Under the pieces are notes generated by a model. The model had not been told where the DNA came from, ran no database searches, and was given only the letters and a program-made list of their open reading frames with translations. This document shows positions 42,570 to 57,800 of a stretch of DNA of 64,000 bases, one piece after another; the first letter of the stretch is position 1, and each line of letters starts with the position of its first letter. The position numbers and the translations under genes are program-made. The stretch is from the human T2T-CHM13v2.0 reference genome, Homo sapiens: assembly GCF_009914755.1 (NCBI RefSeq), contig NC_060937.1. The stretch is one strand, 5' to 3'.

Positions 42570-45119
42570 TTACAGGACATATATATGTCAGTTTCCACTG
42601 CCAATATCTAGAATCAATTCTGCTTTCAGAAGAAAAATCATAGCGAACAAGATTTCCAGAGAAACTACTAACTGGTACAATCACAGGCACAAAAAAAATC
42701 TATTAACCTGACTGGTTCCTAAGTAAACGGGGTAATATATTATGACTCAAATCAATGCTAACAAGTAACTCTCATACTCAATATGTACATTACAGCTTGT
42801 CCCTTTACAGAAATGATGTGTTTATCCTCTACTCCAAGAACAAAAGAAAACAGCCTTTGTAAATAAGCAAACATGTTGTGAAACTGTCTATTTTCATATT
42901 TGCCTTTTGCCTTAACAAGCAGCTGTGTTTGCTGCTTTGAACAACACATCATCAGCAATATCTATGTTTTTGGGTCAAGATTATAATGGAAAGCGGGTTT
43001 CCAAAAATCATTTCAATTATTATAAAAACTAATGACAAAACAGAGAAACGCATACATAAACCACATACTGCTTCATCAATGGTGTAAAAAGAAAAGCTGT
43101 TTAGAACTTATTACTGTATGAGACTCTCCTACACCATGTAAGGGACCAAACATTGAAGAAATGTAGAAATGAGTATTGCTCATACTAGACAGACTATGAA
43201 GGAGGAGAAAAGGCCCTTTTGAGGAAGGAGGTGGAAGCAGAGAGCCTATATTTACAAAGGCATACAACTATGGCCCCTGTTAGGTTTTTCTAGAAAAATA
43301 AAGTTATCTTTCCTTGTGTAGTTTTTTCTTTAAAGTAGAACCCCAACCCACAAGAATACTGCAGTCTTACTTGCCATCTTATCTATAGCTTGGTGCATAT
43401 CTCAGTGGCCATGAAAAGTATAATCGACCTACCAAAACCTCTTATTCCAAGTATTAAATAAAATACATACAAGAGCAGTGATTATTATTCTGTCACAAGA
43501 GCATGCTGTTTTCGCAAATAAAGAAATCCAGAATACAAACCCTGTATCTTATAGTTGGTCAAGAGTTCACTGTGGACATTGGCCACAGTTTTTTTTCTTA
43601 CTCTTCTCTGACCTCACCCAGATGGATCTCCTCTCCATTCATTCATTTCCCTTTTTGATTTCAAAAAGCATTTGAAACAACTCTTAGCCCTGCCCTGCCG
43701 ATTTGTTAAGAAAGGCCTTAAAAAGCTATTAACCTTGTTGGTTTTTAAATAAACAGGGTAATGAACAAAGGAACAACTAAGAAATCATGATCTGGATTTT
43801 TCATGTTACATGACTAATTACGGAAGAGTGGGGTCCAGAGCTTCAATTTCTTGGGTCTAGTCCAGCTTCTTGGGCCTAAGAAAATGGTCAGTTTCAGATT
43901 TGGGAGTAAAAACTTACCAAAGCCATTCTCAAGCACTGTGTTACTAAATAGGCTTCCAAATGAGATCATGTTACCACTGGGAAGCCTAAATAACTGAACT
44001 GAACTGAAACTAAAAATAAATCCAATTATTGCATGGATATATTTGCAAAATCATTAAGGCTGATCATCTTCCAATCCCCAAATCCTCAACTCACATAGGA
44101 CAAGGAGACACACATTCTTCTGTTGGTAGCTTTAGCAAACTTCCTATGTTTTGATCAGGAGGGAAAAAAAAAAGCCCTTCTCAAATTAGACAACAAAATA
44201 TTTTCAGAAATTACGTAAGTTACTTTATAATCCTTTTTAATATTATAAGCAGTATGATGGCTCTAAATTTGTAAGTAGCCATAACAAAAAATATCGTGCA
44301 AACAGAATACAATCACCACTTGTTAAACATGATGAAAACTAAAGGCAACCATATGAAAACAAACATACATCTTTGCCAGTAGACATTAATCTGCTCCTGT
44401 GGACTTAAATTCCTTGAGGGCAGGGATCAATTCTTACTCAACCTAATTTCAATTCGTTGGAATGAACCCATACTACAGAACTAGGTTCTGGGCACACAAC
44501 CATGTGCAGGTAAGATCTCGCTCAGTGTGAAGCTTACATTCCAGAGGTGGTGACAGTGCTCCCCGGAAGTGTAAAAAAGAAAATTAATTTTAAACGAGTT
44601 AAGTGTCAAAAGAAAAACAAATGGCTGAGACAGAAGTGAAAAAGTGGGCTACCCACCTAATGGAGGCCAATCTGAGGAAGTGACATTTGCAATTTAACAG
44701 AGAACTGAAGCCCAGGATAAAAAACTAAGCTCGCAAAGAATGGCAGTCACAAGTACAAAGGCTCTGGAGTGATTTAAGAGTTGAGCTTGTTTAAGGATAG
44801 GGGAGATGACTTATATGTCTGAATGTAATGCATGCAGGAGAGCAGCCTTCAAGAAGACACCCGGAGATGAACGGGGCGGAGTCACACACGATCACATGAT
44901 AAGGAATTTGCATATTATTCTGAATGCAAGGGAAACCTGATCTGGCTCGTATTTTACCTCTCCTACTGCTCCATAAAAGAAGGGACTGATGGGAGAGCAA
45001 GCTGAGAACAAGGAGAAGAGGTGAGAGGCAGTATGATAGTCCCAGCAAAAGATAAGGTAGTGAGATCCGGGTGGTGTCAGTGGTAATGGAGAGCTGTGGA
45101 CATACAAAAAATGAATTTT

Positions 45120-45422
45120 GGCCAGGTGCTGTGGCTCATACCTGTAATCCCAGCACTTTAGGGGGCTGAAGCAAGAGGACTGCTTGAGCCCAGGAGTTTG
45201 AGACCAGCCTGGGAAACATAGCCAGACCCTATCTCTACAAAAAATTTTTTAAAACATTAGCCAGGCATGGTGGCTGGAACCTGTAGTCTCAGCTACTTGG
45301 GAGGCTGAGGTGGGAGGATCACTTGAGCCCAGAAAGTCAAGGCTGCAGTGAGCTACGACTGCACCACTGTACTCCAGCCTGGGCCACAGAGCAAGAATCT
45401 GTCTCCTACCCCTCCAAAAAAA
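45120..45422 (+). mobile_element. AluJ within an L2 remnant
   Basis: Full dimer with J diagnostics. Confidence 0.88.
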
Positions 45423-45781
45423 GAGTTTCGGAGGCAGAATCAATGTGACTTGCCTCAATGATTGAAATTGGTGAGTGAAAAAGTAGGATTCAAATATAAT
45501 TCCCAGTTATGACAGCAAGTATATATTCAAGTGCAGATGTCAAATAAGCATTTAAATACTGAAGAAAGTTTGGGTTCAGAGGAGAGGGCTGGGCTATAGT
45601 AACAAATGTGGAAGCCGTCAACAAAAAATTTTTAAGTAGGTTTCAGAAAGGACATGGGGTTTGGAATCCCAGATCTGCCACTTACTAGCTCCAGTCCTTA
45701 AGAGAAGTATTTGAGCTTTAGTTTTCTCATCTATAAAATGAGAGTTAAAATACCTATTATTTTTTACAAGATTGTCTAGAG

Positions 45782-45980
45782 CAGGGGTTATCAATTTTTT
45801 TTTCCATAAAGGACCAGATAATAAAGATTTTAGGCCTGGGGACCATAAAGTCTCTGTCACAAATGCTCAGCACTGCCACTGTAGCACGAAAACATAAACA
45901 ATATATGAACAAATGAGCTGGGCTGTGTTCAAATAAACTGTATTTACAAAAATAAAGGCTATAGTTTTGCCAACCCACTG
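45782..45980 (+). mobile_element. MER58A (hAT-Charlie)
   Basis: caggggttatcaa...ctgccactgtagc...tagttttgccaacccactg. Confidence 0.8.
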
Positions 45981-45984
45981 TCTA

Positions 45985-46175
45985 CTGCCGTATTGTCAAA
46001 GTGTGGGCACCAGACTGGCAGCATCAACATCACCTGGGAACTGTTAGAGATGCAAATTTAAGATACCACCCTAGACTTACTGAATCAAAAACTCCGGGGG
46101 TCAGGGTTGGGGTCCAGCAATCATATTGTAACAAAACGTCCAAGGGAGGAGTCCTAAATTTGAGAATCTCTGGTC
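45985..46175 (+). mobile_element. MER5A
   Basis: catcacctgggaactgttagagatgcaaatt...ctgaatcaaaaactc. Confidence 0.8.
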
Positions 46176-46324
46176 TAGAGAGTAAATAAATATAAAGTGA
46201 TTAGGTGCTATTTTTATCATCATTAATCTGGCTCCTAGAAGTTTAGGGTATAGCTCCTAAACATCAAGTCAAATGCTGGGTAATTTTGGTAGATCAAGCA
46301 AAAGACAGATAAAAATCTCTGTTA

Positions 46325-46631
<307 letters not shown>

Positions 46632-46992
46632 CTATATGGTGGGCTTAGGTGAAAATACTGGAGAAATTAAAGGTTGATTTTTATATATTCTTTATTCTAA
46701 AGAAGTCCTTTACTTTCTTATGTTAAGACAGATTTAATTATGTCATGTTCACACTCCACTTATTAAAATGAACAATTTAATTTTTAAATATATATATATA
46801 TATCTCCAACCTAACTTCCAGTAGAAGAAACGTGATATGCCAATTAACTTCCAGATCCCTGATGGAGGATTAGGCATTAGGTGACAGTCTCTATGTTATA
46901 ACTAATGTACTTTATTTACATGAACAGAGAATAAACAAATTTATCAAATGTTATTAACAGAATAATGTGACCAGTGGAAAGGTTTAAAATTA

Positions 46993-48226
<1,234 letters not shown>

Positions 48227-48576
48227 CTAACAGGAAGGGGCGAGGACCATAACTAGATACTCTCTCAGGAAAAAGAAGGCCAGCTTCCATGACTAGAAAG
48301 AAATCCAATCAGGCAAGTAGTGCACAATCTGTAAAGAGTTAGGCAACAAGCATTGGGTGGTCTTCAAAGGGAGCAGCAGAATCAGGGAGTTCCAACACAG
48401 AATAATGAGGGATCCAAACTAGTCTCCTAAAGAACTTGCTACTGGAAATCTGGGAGCAATAATTACCTGGAGAATCAAGGAGAAAGGCTATCAGTTTAAT
48501 TCAGGTAAACTCAGGAAAAGCTCTCAGACTGCCCAGCCAATGGGAATTAAATGACTGAAACCAAGGCAAGAGATGA

Positions 48577-48921
<345 letters not shown>

Positions 48922-49905
48922 TAAATGTATTTGTCCAAGTTACATAACCCATTATTAAAAATATATATGAAGATACAATTGTAAGATACAAAAGAAGATA
49001 CAATTGTGAGATACAGAAGATTTCTAGATTTGTTCGACCAGAAGCACTGTGTTTGACTTAGAATCTGAGACTGATAGTAAACTATTCACAAATTATGTAA
49101 TATTGATAGCACAAAGTTTCCATGGTCCTAACTTAGAGAATTTTTAAAATTTGTGTGAAAATTCACAAAAGTTAAAAGTGAAGACTATTCAACTGGTTAA
49201 GGGTATCCACAAAATAAAAACGCTAAAGCAGCAGCCAATGTAGGCTCCTATTTTTAGCCAGAAAGATTCCATTACTTAGAGATCCTCTTTCCAACCCCAA
49301 CATCTTGCAAGAAGTGAAACTTGGAAGAGATCAGTAAAACAGTAATAACAACCCTGATTTCCTTCTGCTGAGACTGCACAAACCTATGGCAAGATTATCT
49401 GAAATGAAACCAACCAAAGTTTTAATCCTATATTTTGTCCCTGTCATATAATCACAGATATCAAAGACATATTAAAAGATATTCATATACTTTATAATTC
49501 AATAAAATAAATTCAAATTCATGGTTTACTTGTTTTTAAATGTAGATCCTAATGATCTTTTATTCTAACCTAAAATTATAATGGTTATAAATACTATAGA
49601 CTCATAGTTTATTCCCCTGCCATACTTAAAGACACTAAATCAAAGGTACACCAGAGTTCAGCTTTACCAGCCCAACAAATCAAACAAACTTTTTTTATTT
49701 CCCCTTAAAATGGAAAGTACATACTGGCATAACTATACCCAAGTGTGCATTCAGCACTAATTATTATTTTACAAACTTAATAAGCATATTTACCTGTGGA
49801 GATTTTTAATATGAGTAGGAAAAAGTGATAGTATAAAAGCTGATAAGACCAACAACTAAAAACTAATTTTCAATAACTGCATTCTAGTGTAGCAGGTAAG
49901 AAAAC

Positions 49906-50237
<332 letters not shown>

Positions 50238-50280
50238 CTACCAGTACAGGTCTTGTGACCTTGGAGAAATAATTTAACCT

Positions 50281-50575
<295 letters not shown>

Positions 50576-51443
50576 TAACCTTTCTATATCTCAGTTTTCT
50601 CATCTATAAAATGAAGGAAATACTGGTACGTACTTCACCCAGTTACTGTGAAGCTAAAGGGTGATCTCCTAAGAGAAGCAGTGAGAGTAGTGCTATCACC
50701 CAGGAAGAGCTCAACAAACGTTCACTTTTAAGGAAATGCATTAAGGAGCTACTCAGACAAACTTGACAGTGCAATGTCAACATACCATATTACATACCAT
50801 ATTCCAACCTTAAAGTAACAAGCCAATGACATCCTTAGAGTTGGCACATCCCAGTGAGGTATTCAATTTGTATACATATTTTATGCAGACCATATGTCAA
50901 GAAAAATCCTTTACTTGGTCAAATAAGTCTGAATATACTATTACATTAAATCATAATTGAGCTGTTCTTCACTTTCCAAGGGGCTACACCCAAGTAACTG
51001 CATGTTGGCTTGGTTCAGACATGCCAATGTAGTCTAAAGGAAAGGGGACTCTGAAACTACCAGCCAGATATTTTTAAACAAACAGAAGCCTTGAGGTTTT
51101 TTTAAGTAAATAAAATTGTTTGCAGTAATTATTTAGGCTGGCCATTATCTTATTCACTAAATTGCCCAACTCTACTTCTTTTTGCATGATTTTCTTAATA
51201 GCCAGTATACTAAGCATGCTGCTATTTTTCTGACTTGATTCTTTTACTTATGAGGTAAATAATATACCAGATAATCTAGAAAATTCATGGAAATCATCAG
51301 TTTCCTCACCAAGCAATTACTCATTCCAAAATGAGAAAAGGGCATGTGAACAGTCTCTGCCTTACTGAATGGTGTTATTTCTCAGGCTGTAAATCAAGCT
51401 TTAATTTTTTCAAAAACTATCATAATCTGAAATTAGGATATAT

Positions 51444-52097
<654 letters not shown>

Positions 52098-52394
52098 TTC
52101 CCCTCAAAATGAACTGTTTATTCCACCTGCAGAACTTAAAACTTTTGGCTGAAAGGCAAAGTTTTCATTCAACATTTGCATGGTCTTATGATGTCTGGCA
52201 GAATAATGTCTATATCAGGAAAAGGACAGGCAAATCATTAAGCTAGAAGATGAAGAGCTTCTTTAAAATATTCCAGAGTCAAATATTATTTCTCCTCACA
52301 TTCCACTTGAACTTTCAAGTCTGAGAAAGACTACAAAAATATCCAGGGGAACAGAAATGGTCATACAGCCAACCAAATGAACCAAATAACTTAG

Positions 52395-52546
52395 CACAGG
52401 GTTTCTAAAACTGTGGTCACCCGGCCAGTAGTTTGAGCATCACCAGAGAACTTGTTAAATCAGAAATTGAGGGTAGGGTCCAGTGGTCTCTTTTAAGAAG
52501 CCCTCTAGGTAATTCTGACACACACACTGAAGTTTGAGAATCTCTG
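52395..52546 (+). mobile_element. MER5A
   Basis: gagcatcaccagagaacttgttaaa...aagtttgagaatctctg. Confidence 0.7.
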
Positions 52547-53873
52547 GTTTCTGATAATCAAGCCCTGACACTGAACACCTTCAATTTTCAGCTTAGGGCT
52601 CCTATCATAATGTGCTCCATTGTGGCTGGGAGTCTCTGGGCTATGTTTGTGCCTTTCCGCCAGATATTGCAGTCAAGATTCTACCACAGAGCCAAGGCAA
52701 ATTAACCTCCACTTCAGACTGCAAGGAGGAGAGAGAATAAAAAATGATTACAAAAAAAGAGATAGATCTATCTGTCCACAGAACAAACTTCTTAGAAAGC
52801 ACAGAGAGGTGAAATCTTCCAGGTTTCAATTTCTCTGGTATTCTTACTAGTATATTCTCAAAGCTACTAACCATCAACTTTGAAAAAGAACTGAAAAATG
52901 AACTTCTAAAAATATATTGACAAAAAAACTGGTTACGTGAATAAAGCTCAGATAGTAATACACGTTTTTAAGAGAACTGAGAGTTGGGAAAACACTGGCA
53001 TTAAATTCCTTTTTTTAATCTTAAGAACACAATTTGTAAAGTCTCTTTAAAATCATTCTTGCAAGCTTCAGTAAATAATACACAAAAACAACCAATAAAC
53101 ATTATAACAATCATGTTTTTACCTTTTAAATGATTGTTCATCCTATAATTATAAAACATAATGATGCTTCAAAACTCACAGGCAAATGTTAATTAAAAAT
53201 TAACATAACAAAGTCTCATATTTTCAATAACAACTCCTGCTTTATTTTTTATTGTAGTAATGTATGTATAACATAAAATAACTTTTTAACAGAAAAATTT
53301 GGGTAATGCCATACAGACTCTTTTTGCAAGTGGATAAATATTTACAGAGTATTAGTGACCTATCCTAGACCTTTGGGAGAGAATCAGATATTCTTGTTTC
53401 CCCAATCAGTTTAAGTCTGTAATTCACTTCATGCCAATGGGATTAAGCCCTTTTCCCAGTTCAAATATTCAAGTTTAGCTGAAATGTGCTAAGCCTGACA
53501 TTCCTCCTGTATAAGACTACATAGGCTTGACTAGAGACAGATCTGCATTGGCATACATTTCACCCCCATCTCCATTTCTCTTTGCACCTTGGAGAAACAG
53601 TGGTGCATTGAGCCATTCTGGTTGAATGCTTCTCCTGACACACATCCTTAAATTGACTCTGACCCAAAGGGAGGTGTGGAGCCAAGAGGGAACACATCAC
53701 TGTGGCAACTCCCCACAACAGACCCCCAAGCGATTAGTACAGCACTCCCAGCTCTAAGGTCAAATGTAGATCCAACTCCAATATGTGAGTAGATACTCTT
53801 GAAAACATTATCATTTTATATTAGTAACCACAATCCTCCAACTCGGTGGCTCTGCATGAACACAAACTTTGCC

Positions 53874-54005
53874 ATGGTGACCATATATCTCGGTTTGTCC
53901 TCAACAGTCCAGGTTTATTACTCACAGTGCTTGTATAATTATTAGTGGTGCCCCTTTTGACAATAAAATTGTCCCATATCAAACAATAAAGTATACGGTC
54001 ATCCA
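53874..54005. mobile_element. hAT-Blackjack MITE (MER81/MER94-like)
   Basis: Terminal inverted repeats ggtgaccatata...tatacggtcatcc. Confidence 0.65.
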
Positions 54006-54499
54006 ACAGATAGGGCCATTGCATTAAAGGAATAGGCATGACAGACAAACCACAGACAAGTATGTTAGGGGATGTTTGCAGGTCTACTGCTCTAGGCTAC
54101 GTTTGTAGACTTTATAGACTCTGTCGAGGACTGAGGGAAACACTTAGGAGACTCTCTTAACAATGATCTTAAGTCCAAATAAATAATTCTCCACTTCAAA
54201 TATAGAACTCAGAACAAAGCAAACAGCAGGTCTTCCTTCTGATTTCAAGGGTCCCTAGAACTATCCACAGCCAACTCTGCATGAAGCATACTGCTGGATG
54301 ATAATATGTTGAACTGACCCCTTTAACATGTCTAGCTGCAGAATCAACACTTCTGGGAATTTTTCTGCTAAATTCTTCAAAAAGGATGGTCCCAGCTTCC
54401 CCTACTATGACAGCCATATCAAATGAACCTGGATGCTCTAAAGGAAATACAGCAAACAGCACATAGTGTCAATGACTGCGCTTGTCCACTCAACAAATA

Positions 54500-54810
54500 T
54501 TTATGCCAAAGATCAAAAGTGGCCGCTCATGGATCTCTAAAGCCATCTCTCAGATGTGTATTGTTTGGCCCAGATAGGATTCTTAAATGTTTACAATATT
54601 TGCCAGTACTTTAAAATGCGGGGTCATATATAAAAATTCAGATTTCCACTCTCTCTTGGGAAATCAGCAGCTCTAGCAACGCTAGACTTGCATCCTATTC
54701 ATGCAATTTCCAAGTGGAGCTAAGTAGCACCTTGAGAAAGGCCACCCACTATCCAGTCCTCCATGGTCCTCACTCAACCCTCTTCTTTGTTATTTGAGTT
54801 TGTAACCACC
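54500..54810. mobile_element. MER102-like hAT element
   Basis: cagatgtgtattgtttggccc...aaaattcagatttc...tttgagtttgtaaccac. Confidence 0.55.
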
Positions 54811-55512
54811 GATTAATGGCTGGAGATGCTCTCTAGAGACGCTACATCTGGCCCTTCAAATTAATAACCCTCTGCCAGGAAATCTCTTGGTTAAGAGCAA
54901 ATAGTAATTCATATCTTTAGATCAAACACTCATCTGGGAAAAGGCAATAAACAGGAAAGTTAGAGGTTTTCTTGAACTTTTATGAGAAAGTCATATGACT
55001 ACCACTGCTCCCACTGGACTAAAAGGGGGAAGTGAGCCTAAACATATTAATATTTATATAGTTCAGCCTCTAACGCTTAAATATATAATGGAGGAAAATA
55101 AAGGAATGTTTATAATTGACTTCCTACCAATGAGACCAAGAGGAACTCAACAGCAGCTGTTGAGAACTAAAGGTGCCAGGACCATCAATGAGATTAGCAA
55201 CAATGTGTCATGCATCAGATGTCGCTGGGGGGAAATAACTTTAACAGAAACCCCCGAGAGTCATGAAAAGTTCCTTAAAGTCCTGGAAAAATGCAACTGG
55301 CTCCTCTTTACCACCAGAACCAGAAAAATGTAATACAATAAAATGTAATAGCTTTCAGAAACTTTCCAATTTTAACATATGTGAAAGCTAAAAATAAGTT
55401 TTGAACAAATGTTCACAAAATGAAATTCATTAAATCGTGGTTAGGATCTTGAAATAATTTTAGTACGATATTTTGCCATAAACATAACAGTTATGCCATA
55501 AACATAACTTCA

Positions 55513-55704
<192 letters not shown>

Positions 55705-56483
55705 CTAAGACAATGAACTATTATTTTCTTCAATTCAACTACAAGCCTTTTGTGAAAACTGTTGAACTAAGTCTTTCAATTACAGACAGAAGAATTGTGA
55801 AATAAAAAAAATTAAAGCCATATTTATAGGATGTTTTTCTCATCTGACTACGATTAATTTCCCAGTTACCAAAAGAAAGCCACATGGTGCAACCTGAGAC
55901 TTTATTTATATTTAGACAACACTATTTTTCCAAAGAACCTAAAGTACTGTGCAAACAGTAAATAACCATTTTTAAAACAGCATTTTGGAAGCTTTTGATA
56001 TGGCGGGGAGAAAACTCATTACAAATTAAAGGGGAAAAACTCTGTTTTCAAAGACACAATCACTGCATAGTCAAGTTCTCCTCTCCCTGTTCCATAAGGA
56101 CCATATCTGTTTTTAAGGAAGTAAAGTTTACTGTTTGGTAATTAGATTTAGAAGACTCTGGAAAAAAAATATTAAAAACAAAAGTGAAAAAAACATTTAA
56201 AAAATGATATTAGAAACCTGTTCTACTACACTGCCTCCAATAAGTGTGTTTAAAAACCGCAAAAAAAGGGCTTCTTTCCATTCAATATCCAAATGTAGAA
56301 TCCTTCTTTGCAGACAATCTGACGATGTCTAGTAACTTTTCCCTAAGCCCCGCTCGGAAATTGCCTCCCAGACCGGAGACCTGCAGGTGCTGCTGCGAAG
56401 ATGACGCGACCAGCCAAACCGGTTAAGGATTTGACTGCGATTGAGAACTAGTGAGGACCTCTAGGAACCCAACCTTCTGCGTT

Positions 56484-56537
56484 CATACACGCGCTCGCGC
56501 GCACACGCACGCACACACACACACACACACACACACA
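56484..56537. repeat. (CG/CA)n microsatellite in proximal intron 1
   Basis: catacacgcgctcgcgcgcacacgcacgcacacacac... Confidence 0.95.
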
Positions 56538-56899
56538 GCAAGCAAGCCATCTCCGGTCACACCCCAGACACCGCCGTCCTCCCGGGACGGGCGCTCCTCC
56601 ACGCGTGCTCCTTGGACGCGCCAGCTCCCCCTCCATCCCGGGACCGTTGTCCTTTTCCCTCCGGGTCCCTGCTGTAGCCGGCCGGCCGCTCCCGCCGCTC
56701 GCCCAGCCCCCGAACGCCTTCTCTCCCACTCCCAAGGTCCAGGGAAGGGGCCAGCCGGCGCTTGAGCGCGCCACGTGGAGCGCGCGCGCCTGCAGCCAAA
56801 CCTCAGTCGGTCCTTAAAGTGGGGTCCCCGCCCCTCCCGCCCTGCTCCCCGATCCCCCAAGGCCGAGCCCGCCCCCGCGCCTCCGAGCCCCTGTCTTGC

Positions 56900-57397
56900 C
56901 TGGCTGGGGTCTGTGGCGCGGAAAACGTGGCAGGCCATCTGCGACTCGGGGTCGTCGGGCTGCGCCTTGATCAGGTAGGCAAAGTAGGTGAGGTCGTGGC
57001 TGTTGTGGATGAAGCGCGAGATATGCTGCGCCTTGTGCTCGAAGATGAATACCGCCGGGTTGGGCTGCGTGGCCGACGGACTAGTGCCCCCCGAGACCCC
57101 AGCGCCCGGCGCGGGGACGCAACGCAGGAAGGGCGCGCTGAGCACCAGGATCACCTCTCGGGCCGCCGGCGCCCCGCAGCCGCCCGCCTCGGGCTTCTGG
57201 CTGCGCCTGCGGATCTCGGCCATGAGCCAGGGCAGCATAGGCAGCGTGGTCCTGTGGTCCAGGCACGACCCCCCAACGTACCACAGCCGGAACCGCTTAT
57301 CGCTTGGCTTCCCGGGGCCGGGCTGAGCTGAGACGCCCGGCTCGGGCTCCAGGGGGTGCGGGAACGGCTCATCCTGAATGCAGCTGGGCGGCTCCAT
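56900..57397 (-). CDS. TBC1D4: TBC1 domain family member 4 (AS160) coding exon 1, aa 1-166, N-terminal PTB/PID domain region
   Basis: The translation [68 protein letters not shown]...[13 protein letters not shown] matches the human TBC1D4 N-terminus as I know it. The ATG at 57397 is in a strong context (GTTATGG). Similarity ends after Q166 at CAG|GCAAGA, where the known protein continues VPDVISS from exon 2, outside the window. Confidence 0.96.
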
Positions 57398-57800
57398 AAC
57401 TCTCGCCTCACCAGGGCACCGCGGAGGCCGGCCGGGCGCACCGCGCCCCCCACTCCCGCGCAGAAGGCGCCGCCGAAACTGTGCCAACTGCCGCACCGGG
57501 CTCCCGCGCCTGCCTGGGAGCGGCGCGACCCCGAACTCCGCGCTTCAGCAGCCCTGCCCCATGCAGCACTTCCACGGGCGCGGCTCGGAGGCTCCGGCGG
57601 CGGGCACCGAGGCAAGCGCCCGGCAGGCGAGGGCGGGTTAAATGGGCATCCTCCTCCTCGGGCTGGCGCCTCGGGCAGGACCTCCCCTTCCTCCGTCGCG
57701 GGTTTGCAGGGTCAGAGGACCACGCCGAGGGTCCCCGCGGCCGCCGGCTCCAGCGCTGCAGCCCCGCTGCGGCCGCCGCGCTCGCCTGGGGCAGACACTG
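57398..57800 (-). other. TBC1D4: TBC1D4 5' UTR (TSS approximate, about 57.75-57.8 kb)
   Basis: GC-rich sequence directly upstream of the ATG inside the CpG island. The TSS cannot be fixed from sequence alone. Confidence 0.6.

Noticed and set aside
54995-55333. 112-aa plus-strand ATG ORF in unique DNA
   Set aside because: No recognisable homology, promoter or retrocopy hallmarks. Compatible with chance in 64 kb.
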